IMG/VR virus record: IMGVR_UViG_3300040801_004532
Coordinates: 1-64,000 of that record
Reading direction: 5' to 3' (one strand)
Length of the DNA: 64,000 nt
In this document: positions 57,320 to 64,000 of the stretch, in pieces
Layout of the letters: the number at the start of each line of letters is the position of its first letter
Numbering within the stretch: the first letter of the stretch is position 1
Program-made: the position numbers and the translations under genes
Notes under the pieces: model-generated
Databases searched by the model: none
Told to the model about the DNA's origin: nothing
What the model saw: the letters and a program-made list of their open reading frames with translations, nothing else

Positions 57320-57685
57320 ATGACCGAAGAGCAAAGGTTTGAGCAGTTAATCGAAGATGAACGTATCAAAAATGTTACAACACTATTAAAAAAGATTGAC
57401 GAAAACGAAGTTCATTTTCAGGATCCAAATATTCAAGCGATTTTAGAAGAACTTTCTTCTTCCGAGAAGAAATTTTACAAATGGGTTTCATTGGCTGATT
57501 CCCTTCCGCGCGGATCCAAACTATTCAAATTATTAGTAAAGGTTCATAAACTCGGTATGATGGGGCATGAGAACTATCAAAAAATCTATGGTGACACGGT
57601 AGATAAGGACACGGAAGTCAGAGATAAATTATACGAAGATACTCCATTTGATAAGTTGGATGTCGATCAGGCATTTTTTGATTAA
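57320..57685 (+). CDS. Hypothetical protein
   Basis: ORF from ATG 57320. Confidence 0.55.
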   Translation: MTEEQRFEQLIEDERIKNVTTLLKKIDENEVHFQDPNIQAILEELSSSEKKFYKWVSLADSLPRGSKLFKLLVKVHKLGMMGHENYQKIYGDTVDKDTEVRDKLYEDTPFDKLDVDQAFFD

Positions 57686-57691
57686 AACAAT

Positions 57692-57781
57692 GCCTGGGTG
57701 GTGGAACCTCGGTAGACACAAGGGACTTAAAATCCCTCGGGAATTATTCCTGTGCGGGTTCGATTCCCGCCCCAGGCACCA
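57692..57781 (+). tRNA. tRNA-Leu(UAA)
   Basis: AGGGA-CTTAAAA-TCCCT; long variable arm; CCA. Confidence 0.95.
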
Positions 57782-58069
57782 ACATTAAGAAAGGAACAGA
57801 ATTTGTATAAGCTGACCTACTGTTTAAATAACCTTGGTGAATATGAAACATTTGCAGAGGCATTCTCTGTACTATATAAAAAATTAAGAGAAGATTCTAA
57901 AGATGGATTTTCATTACAGCTTCTCGAGACAGCAATATGGATCGACCATGATGGATATGGAAGTCCAATCTTCTTTTATGATATAGTAGATAGAGCTAAT
58001 AAACAAAACTTGCTTAAAGATGGCCAACTTGATGAAAAAGTCGTAAAAGAAGCAATAAATAAAGGGTGA

Positions 58070-58155
58070 GGCCCGATGGTGGAACTGGTAGACACGCTGG
58101 ATTCAAAATCCAGTGCCATAATGGCGTGTGGGTTCAACTCCCTCTCGGGCTACCA
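58070..58155 (+). tRNA. tRNA-Leu(CAA)
   Basis: CTGGA-TTCAAAA-TCCAG; long variable arm; CCA. Confidence 0.92.
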
Positions 58156-58353
58156 ACTATTTTAGGAGGGAAGTAATGGGTCTTCGAATTAAAAGTGGTC
58201 CTAAATGGGAAGACGATTCTTTAAATGAAATCAGTTTAAGTGCACTTGAAAGAGAGGCCAGAAAGTTTTATGAAAAAACAAGGCCTTGGGAAAAGAATTA
58301 TTGGAAAATAAATCAACGGAAAAAAAGAGATTGGGAAGAAGAATAAATTAAAT

Positions 58354-58431
58354 GGACCCATAGCTCAGTTGGCTTAGAGCCGCCGGCTCATAACCGGAAG
58401 GTCGAAGGTTCGAATCCTTCTGGGTCCACCA
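58354..58431 (+). tRNA. tRNA with CAU anticodon (Ile2-like, or elongator Met)
   Basis: CCGG-CTCATAA-CCGG; G1-C72 paired; body resembles Ile2; CCA. Confidence 0.9.
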
Positions 58432-58454
58432 TACTAAATACGAAAGGAATTACT

Positions 58455-59093
58455 GTGATACCAAGTGTCTTTTTCAAAGATTTCGAACAAGCTATAGATT
58501 CAATTATCAAAAAGAAAAACCAACGAAAAGTTACAGAAGAAATTATTGAAAAATTAAAAAGCCACGGATTCCCCCCATCATTGAATAAGGGAATTATAGT
58601 TGATGGACTTTCAAAAATTATTAATGAAGAACTTCCTTTCGATTCTTCTCGAGTTTTAACAGAAATGATTACATTTTCAAAAGCTGTACCCATTAAATTG
58701 ACAAACCATCAGAGATCAAATTTAAAAAAGATTATGGAGTGTATTCTTGAAACTCCAACAGACACAAGTTGCAACCATGACTCATTGGTAATTTCAATAT
58801 CAATTCATGGAGGCGGCTTTACACCAGTAATTAGATTGCCCGAAGTGATCTGTTTATATTGTGGTTTAAATGTCACTCTTTATTCAAAAGAAACAGAAAA
58901 ATATGGTATTGAAATCTCCGATAAAAAAATGAAAGAATTATTCAAATGGGCTATGGAAAACAGAGGTAAATTTGCAGAAGATTTTGTAAAAGATCCGATT
59001 GGATCATATAATAGCTGTGAATCAAAATGGGAGGGAGATATTCCTTTTAGAATAACAAATATGAAAGCATTCGAATCGCGTAGTGGTCAATAA
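58455..59093 (+). CDS. Hypothetical protein
   Basis: 212 aa with CxH...CLYC. Confidence 0.6.
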   Translation: MIPSVFFKDFEQAIDSIIKKKNQRKVTEEIIEKLKSHGFPPSLNKGIIVDGLSKIINEELPFDSSRVLTEMITFSKAVPIKLTNHQRSNLKKIMECILETPTDTSCNHDSLVISISIHGGGFTPVIRLPEVICLYCGLNVTLYSKETEKYGIEISDKKMKELFKWAMENRGKFAEDFVKDPIGSYNSCESKWEGDIPFRITNMKAFESRSGQ

Positions 59094-59134
59094 CCAACAA
59101 CTTTCAAGAGTCAAGACTAAGGAGAAAGAACAAA

Positions 59135-59680
59135 ATGGAAATGACAATAACGGAAGGTTTGAAAAGACTGAAACTCCTTGAAAAAAGGATGGCCAGAAAC
59201 TGTGGGGAAATCGAAAGATATTCCTCAATTCTATCAAATGAAAAACCTGCTTTCGATACAGAAGAAAAGCAGAAGCAAGAAGTGAAAAGTCTTATCCAGG
59301 CAAATATGGACCTGGTACAAGAATATGAAAAACTCAAAGCATCAATCGACTATACCAATCTTGTTATCAAGGTTAAGATTGGTGATCAAACCAGGACAAT
59401 CCATGGGTGGTTGACCATTCTGAGAAAGACTGGTCAGTTGCTCATTCAAACCTACAATTCCTTGAGCACGAGGGATGCAACATCAAGACAGCCCCGTTAT
59501 CGGGACCAGAACACAGGACAAAGCCCAACAGTTGTTCGTCTCTATGATGAAAATCAAAAACGGGATGGCCAAAGACTTTGGGAAGACCTTACCAAAGGAA
59601 AAGAGGTTGAAGGTCGTCTTGAAGTTATCAACGCAACAACCCAACTGCTGGATCCGCCCGAACCAGTTGAAAGGAGTTAA
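59135..59680 (+). CDS. DIP1984/DUF6847-like helical protein
   Basis: MTITEGL..LK.L.KR N-terminus, L...I..TN....V centre and L...NA.T.L C-terminus fit the family pattern as recalled; TAAGGAG SD. Confidence 0.55.
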   Translation: MEMTITEGLKRLKLLEKRMARNCGEIERYSSILSNEKPAFDTEEKQKQEVKSLIQANMDLVQEYEKLKASIDYTNLVIKVKIGDQTRTIHGWLTILRKTGQLLIQTYNSLSTRDATSRQPRYRDQNTGQSPTVVRLYDENQKRDGQRLWEDLTKGKEVEGRLEVINATTQLLDPPEPVERS

Positions 59681-59684
59681 CTCT

Positions 59685-60017
59685 ATGAAGAAGTTTGGAG
59701 CATTCCTATTAGTAATTGGTTTCGTTCTGCTCCTTTGTGCTTCTGCAAGTGCTGATGGATTCTATAGGTGTGGCGGATATATGGTCAAGATTGGAGATCT
59801 GAAGTTTCAGGTCCTTCAAAAATGTGGACCGCCAGAAATGAGAGAGTTTGTCGGAAACTCGGCAGAAAGACAAACATATAGAAGGGGCAGAACAAGAAGT
59901 TATAATTACGACATGCCGGTCGAACAATGGATATATGGACCTGACCGTGATCTATGGCATGTTATCACCTTTAAAGGTGGTAAAGTATATAATATCGAAA
60001 GTATCATTCAACGATAA
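59685..60017 (+). CDS. DUF2845-like exported protein
   Basis: Signal peptide, RCG...V.IGD....V..KCG.P...E.W.Y......F.GG.V..I. Confidence 0.75.
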   Translation: MKKFGAFLLVIGFVLLLCASASADGFYRCGGYMVKIGDLKFQVLQKCGPPEMREFVGNSAERQTYRRGRTRSYNYDMPVEQWIYGPDRDLWHVITFKGGKVYNIESIIQR

Positions 60018-60104
60018 AGTTTGGGTTCGCTGGTCCTCACTGCTGCTTTTGTGCGGTGGGTTGGTATTAAGACCAGAGGGCTACGAGAAGCGGACCCAAT
60101 ACTT
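60017..60104 (+). ncRNA. Small structured RNA element
   Basis: TTGGGTTCGC/GCGGACCCAA, TGGTC/GACCA and CTCACTGC/GCGGTGGG nested stems. Confidence 0.55.
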
Positions 60105-60107
60105 CTT

Positions 60108-60399
60108 TTGGATTCTGTAGTGTAAACAAGTGAAACCGGGGAGCCCTTTCATATTGGGATAAATATGAGACTACAATGGATATAGGTTGATTACCTATAA
60201 AACTATTTCAAGTTTCAAGTATAAATTCTCAAGTCTCACTCGTGACCGCGGCGAGGGTAAATAACCATTTGCGGGTTTCAAGTTTAAAGGGGTAAAGAAT
60301 CAAGTTTAGGGCTTGGAATGATTCCATGCGAGAAAAACCCAGGTTTGGTGGTGCATCTCTCCAGCAACATTGCCACTACTGGCTGCTACACGGATCCAA
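60108..60399 (+). ncRNA. ~290-nt structured RNA with five TCAAGT repeats
   Basis: Closing stem TTGGATTC-TGTAGT / GCTACA-C-GGATCCAA; internal hairpins; no credible ORF. Confidence 0.65.
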
Positions 60400-60408
60400 T
60401 CAATTTAA

Positions 60409-60493
60409 TGCGGCGTAGAGAAGCGGTCAATCTCAGAGGGCTCATATCCCTCCGGCGTAAGCCTCACGGGTTCGAATCCCGTCGCCGCTACCA
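60409..60493 (+). tRNA. Initiator-type tRNA-Met(CAU) with a long variable arm
   Basis: U1xU72 mismatch, A11-U24, GGG/CCC anticodon stem, 13-nt variable region, CCA. Confidence 0.85.
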
Positions 60494-60497
60494 AAAT

Positions 60498-60575
60498 GGG
60501 GGCTTGGATTAATGCTTGATCGCCCTGACTCAAGAAGCAGGGAGGAGTAGAGTAGCGACCTACTAGCCCCCACCA
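60498..60575 (+). ncRNA. Aberrant tRNA-like RNA
   Basis: GGGGGCT/AGCCCCC-A-CCA acceptor, D-like stem, CCCTG/CAGGG with 10-nt loop, AGTAG/CTACT with 9-nt loop lacking TTC. Confidence 0.7.
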
Positions 60576-60592
60576 TTAAAAAAGGAATAACC

Positions 60593-61168
60593 ATGATAAA
60601 AGAAGATACAACGAATGAAGAACTAGAGAAGGAAAAACAAAAATTAGAAAAAGACCTTGAGTCTTTAAGAAAAAATTATAAAACATTAATGACCAAATTG
60701 ACAAAAACAACTAATCGAATAAGTGAAATCGACAGCGAATTGGATAAAAGAAATTTAAAAGGAAATGATATTGAAAAATTATTAGAAACATTTCCTGAAA
60801 CCGAGACAAAAGAAAAATTGCTGCGCGATCTATTGAGCAAGTTTGATCTTTCAGCAGAAGGATATTTTCCCGATACTGGTCAAAGATGTATCCAAATTTC
60901 CTTGGAAAAGGACAGTAAAGAATCTCTCCAAAAAACATATTATGGTCTTAAATTACTTTTACCATATCTCAAACCAGTAAAAGATGGTAATATCTATGTA
61001 GATATTTTTGAAAGCACTTTATCAAGATTTGGAATCTATACTCTTATTATCAAAAAAGAGAAATTTGAAGTTGAGAAAACAACATGTGGACATCCCGAAA
61101 CAATCTACTCAAATAAAGATTTGAAAAAAGTTTTAGAATATATTCAAAAACATCATTATTACGAATAA
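60593..61168 (+). CDS. Hypothetical protein with N-terminal coiled coil
   Basis: 191 aa with SD. Confidence 0.65.
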   Translation: MIKEDTTNEELEKEKQKLEKDLESLRKNYKTLMTKLTKTTNRISEIDSELDKRNLKGNDIEKLLETFPETETKEKLLRDLLSKFDLSAEGYFPDTGQRCIQISLEKDSKESLQKTYYGLKLLLPYLKPVKDGNIYVDIFESTLSRFGIYTLIIKKEKFEVEKTTCGHPETIYSNKDLKKVLEYIQKHHYYE

Positions 61169-61179
61169 GGAGATAAAAA

Positions 61180-61548
61180 GTGACAAGTTTTAGAGCAATG
61201 AAGGTTTTTGATTTTAAAGATGGGAATTTTTATAGAATCGCGTGTGCATGTGGAAGCTCTGATTGCGATTTAACACTTGAGTTAGAATATGATCCTCAGA
61301 TCAATCATGTTTATTTAAACATGTATAAAACCCTTAGATGGTCTTCATATTATAATGATGGAGATAAATGGTATAAAAATATTTGGTATCGTTTTAAAGC
61401 AGCTTTCAAATGTCTTTTCTTTGGTTATGTAGAAGTTGAAGAATCCTTTATTATAAGTGGTTCAGAACATATGAATGAATATATTAAGGTCCTTCAAGCA
61501 TGCCAAAAACATGTTGATAAAAGAGAAAAAGAAAGTCTGAACAAATGA
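61180..61548 (+). CDS. Hypothetical protein
   Basis: 122 aa with CAC motif; AAGGAG SD. Confidence 0.6.
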   Translation: MTSFRAMKVFDFKDGNFYRIACACGSSDCDLTLELEYDPQINHVYLNMYKTLRWSSYYNDGDKWYKNIWYRFKAAFKCLFFGYVEVEESFIISGSEHMNEYIKVLQACQKHVDKREKESLNK

Positions 61549-61883
61549 AAAAGGTTCATATAACAATAATTTACTTCACGCCAGAAAATGATGGGAATGT
61601 AAACTTATTAAAATTTACAAAAACAATTGAAATTGAACTCCCCGTTTTCATGTGTGGAGTATTTATAAAAAATGACGCAATTGAACAACTTGATCTAAAA
61701 GATGGTTATGTTAATTTTGATCCTTATATTAGAGAATACTTTGTTACAAATAGATGCTGTGATGGATTACCTAGGTATGGTTATTACTTTGGTCGTGACG
61801 GATATGATGACCCAAGAATAATTGATATTATCAATAAATTTGAAACTCATGGTTGGAAAACAGAACGATTGAAAAAAGGGTGA
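61545..61883 (+). CDS. Hypothetical protein
   Basis: 112 aa; ATGA overlap with the upstream stop. Confidence 0.55.
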   Translation: MKKVHITIIYFTPENDGNVNLLKFTKTIEIELPVFMCGVFIKNDAIEQLDLKDGYVNFDPYIREYFVTNRCCDGLPRYGYYFGRDGYDDPRIIDIINKFETHGWKTERLKKG

Positions 61884-61966
61884 GTTGCCCGAGTCAGGTA
61901 AGGGAGCGGTTTGCTAAACCGTCGAGTGTAAAAGCTCCACAGGTTCGAATCCTGTACTCACCGCCA
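61879..61966 (+). tRNA. tRNA-Ser(GCU)
   Basis: GCGGT-TTGCTAA-ACCGT; long variable arm; G73-CCA. Confidence 0.93.
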
Positions 61967-62374
61967 ACAACTTCTAGAAAGGATTAAAAAATGAATGATG
62001 GAAATTTGGCCCTTTTGATGATATTACTTCTGGCTTGGGGAATCTTTGGTTTAGCATGTAGCCTATCATGTGCTGTTTATTCGATTAAAAATTCCTCAAC
62101 AACCTGGTATAAAATTGCAGGATGGGTCGTTATTGCAAATACAGTCATTACTTTTCTAGCTGGAATACTCACACACTGAAAGGGGTTGAGATGACCGGTC
62201 GATATGTAGTAACTGGGGTCCAACTTGGTATGCTACAAGTTTTTTTTAAGGAGGGAAAATCTTCTGATGGACTAACTCTTCTTGAAAAAATTCTAGATAA
62301 ACAATTTGTTGGAAATTCATCCCGTGATATTGGGATTGACATAAAACTAATAGAACATTCGAAAACATTTACCA

Positions 62375-62704
62375 ATGAAACTTCTACCTAAAGATCTTCT
62401 ATATAATCTATTAACTAAATATGGGGAAGACGAACAGCTAAGACAAGCTATGGGTGAATGTGGGGAACTAATAGCTGCTTGTCAAAATTATCATCGAGCA
62501 CAAACATACGGGCATCGAACAGAAACTCTTTCTGTTGTAATAGAGGAAGCAGTTGATGTTTTTTTCATGACTCAACAAATTCGGATTTTAAACCCGGAGT
62601 ATTTTGATGAACTTTGTGATAAAAAGCTTAAAAAAGTTTTGGCAAAATTTAAGAATGAAGTTCCTATTAAGACAAAAACCGATATACATAGTAACAACAA
62701 TTAG
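62375..62704 (+). CDS. MazG-like NTP pyrophosphohydrolase
   Basis: Q...AMGECGELI....EEAVDV all-alpha NTP-PPase motif. Confidence 0.7.
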   Translation: MKLLPKDLLYNLLTKYGEDEQLRQAMGECGELIAACQNYHRAQTYGHRTETLSVVIEEAVDVFFMTQQIRILNPEYFDELCDKKLKKVLAKFKNEVPIKTKTDIHSNNN

Positions 62705-62969
62705 AATATCAAAACCTGAATCTAGGTGCATGAGTTTCTATTATAGTTTAAAGAAAGCAAAAAGAGTAGTTGAATCAAATCAAGGTGACATAAATGAGAA
62801 TGGGCATTATTCATATTGTGTGATTGAAGAAACACTGCCAGGAATGTATTCATATCTCTTAAAAACCAGAAAAGAATGGTGGTTTCGTTTCAACCATGAC
62901 ATAAATAAATATGTGCCATGTGAAAAACCAGAGGAAAAAAGAAACACCATCGCCTTTGGAATGGGATAA
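62604..62969 (+). CDS. Hypothetical protein (start uncertain)
   Basis: N.GDI.E...Y.Y.VIEE...G.Y motif. Confidence 0.55.
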   Translation: MMNFVIKSLKKFWQNLRMKFLLRQKPIYIVTTIRISKPESRCMSFYYSLKKAKRVVESNQGDINENGHYSYCVIEETLPGMYSYLLKTRKEWWFRFNHDINKYVPCEKPEEKRNTIAFGMG

Positions 62970-62996
62970 TGAAACAAGATTAAAGAAAGGTATAAA

Positions 62997-63359
62997 ATGA
63001 AATACGAGGAATGTCCTAATTGCGAAAGTTCATATCTTGGAGATATATGGCAGAAAGAAAGAAAGTTACAACAAATCTGTCATGATTGCGGGTGGAAAGG
63101 CGAGGTTAGAACACCGGAGAAAAAACGAATCAACTATACAAAATCGGTTCGGGTGGGCCAATTCTATGGCTACCATTATGAAATTTTTGATAAGTATGGA
63201 CACACGGCAGTAATATCCAGGTATTATGATTCATGGGAGTCTGCGGATGCTGCAATAAAAAAAGAAATTGAAAACGGGAAAACCAACGTCCACGCTGGTC
63301 CCTATACTGGCATCCTATGGCCCCCAACTGTAACGGTAAAAGGAACTCGTTATAAATAA
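62997..63359 (+). CDS. Zinc-ribbon hypothetical protein
   Basis: CPNC...CHDC. Confidence 0.6.
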   Translation: MKYEECPNCESSYLGDIWQKERKLQQICHDCGWKGEVRTPEKKRINYTKSVRVGQFYGYHYEIFDKYGHTAVISRYYDSWESADAAIKKEIENGKTNVHAGPYTGILWPPTVTVKGTRYK

Positions 63360-63366
63360 GATCTAC

Positions 63367-63455
63367 GGAGGGGTGGTCAAGTATGGCGTGACAGCGGTCT
63401 TGAAAACCGTCGGGTGTAAAAAGCCTTGCAGGTTCGAATCCTGTCCCCTCCGCCA
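63367..63455 (+). tRNA. tRNA-Ser(UGA)
   Basis: GCGGT-CTTGAAA-ACCGT; long variable arm; G73-CCA. Confidence 0.93.
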
Positions 63456-63474
63456 TTAAAAAGAAAGGTTCAAA

Positions 63475-63804
63475 ATGGAACTTCAAATTATACTAGCAAT
63501 TATATGGCTTCATTTCATAGCAGATTTTCTATTACAAACTGATTACATGGCTTTAAATAAGTGTAAAAGCATTTCTGCTCTATCTTTTCATTGTATTGTA
63601 TATTCAATTCCATTTTTAGCATTTGGCCCAGAATACGCTTTGTTAGCTGGAATGTTTCATTTTCCAGTTGATTTTGTAACATCAAAAATAACAGCAAAAT
63701 TATATGAACAACAACGAATAGGTTTATTTTTCAAAGTAATTGGTTTAGATCAAGCAATACACATGACCGTTTTAGTTTTAACTTTTGAGTACTTTTTCTC
63801 ATAG
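63475..63804 (+). CDS. DUF3307 family membrane protein
   Basis: HFIADFLLQ...K...H..VY...HF.VD....DQAIH. Confidence 0.8.
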   Translation: MELQIILAIIWLHFIADFLLQTDYMALNKCKSISALSFHCIVYSIPFLAFGPEYALLAGMFHFPVDFVTSKITAKLYEQQRIGLFFKVIGLDQAIHMTVLVLTFEYFFS

Positions 63805-64000
63805 AAAGGACCCCTCAATGAAGTGTGTAAAAAAGCATGGAGAGATCAAACGAGTAAATGATAATCTAGCAAAGCAGCTTGTTGAAGAGCATAATTGGTC
63901 TTATTGCCCAAAATCAGAATGGAAAGAAAAAATTAGAAATAAAAAGAACTGATAGGAAAAACTAATGGGTATAAGAATAATGATATACTGGGAATTTATG

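Noticed and set aside
60200-60310. CRISPR array
   Set aside because: Repeats are only 6 nt with irregular spacing; no cas genes; no repeat-spacer array seen anywhere in the window
60318-60512. 64-aa ORF, and similar ORFs spanning tRNAs (56928-57128, 58388-58693, 63130-63486)
   Set aside because: They overlap tRNA or structured RNA genes and are incidental open frames
60498-60575. Selenocysteine or opal-suppressor tRNA (TCA in the loop)
   Set aside because: No long variable arm or extended acceptor stem, no U33 before TCA, and TGA serves as a normal stop in this genome
1-64000. Stop-codon reassignment
   Set aside because: Core genes are full length in code 11, and TAA, TAG and TGA all terminate genes

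Overview
A 64-kb segment of a large, AT-rich, T4-like (jumbo/huge) phage genome using the standard genetic code. Family calls come from motifs read by eye; no database search was run. Layout: (i) 1-14.5 kb, minus-strand tail/fibre/adhesin genes built from shuffled modules (Gly-Thr-Ser triplet tracts, EFSTDGTL...AVKTYVD repeats, variable Cys-rich tips). (ii) 15.5-28.6 kb, plus-strand accessory block with NADAR, metallophosphoesterase, SPFH, RNase H, nicotinamidase and a dispersed vWA/PP2C/kinase (TerY-P-like) triad. (iii) 29-39 kb, head module (gp23 capsid, gp21 protease, gp20 portal, acidic core proteins). (iv) 39-53 kb, replication and modification genes: helicase, TGT/DpdA-like enzyme, Ntn protease, thymidylate synthase, GroES, ribosomal bS21, QueE, a UDG-PolB fusion, a glycosyltransferase and a PIG-L deacetylase. 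(v) 53-64 kb, a tRNA region with 11 tRNAs, one aberrant tRNA-like gene, an HNH nuclease and at least two large unassigned structured RNAs. Best candidates for undescribed biology: a possible sugar-modified 7-deazaguanine DNA pathway; a DIP1984/DUF6847-like protein whose leader, a nearby ~290-nt RNA and an aberrant tRNA all carry UCAAG motifs; a ~350-nt GC-rich RNA behind a phage-specific promoter; and two recurrent promoter-like motifs.
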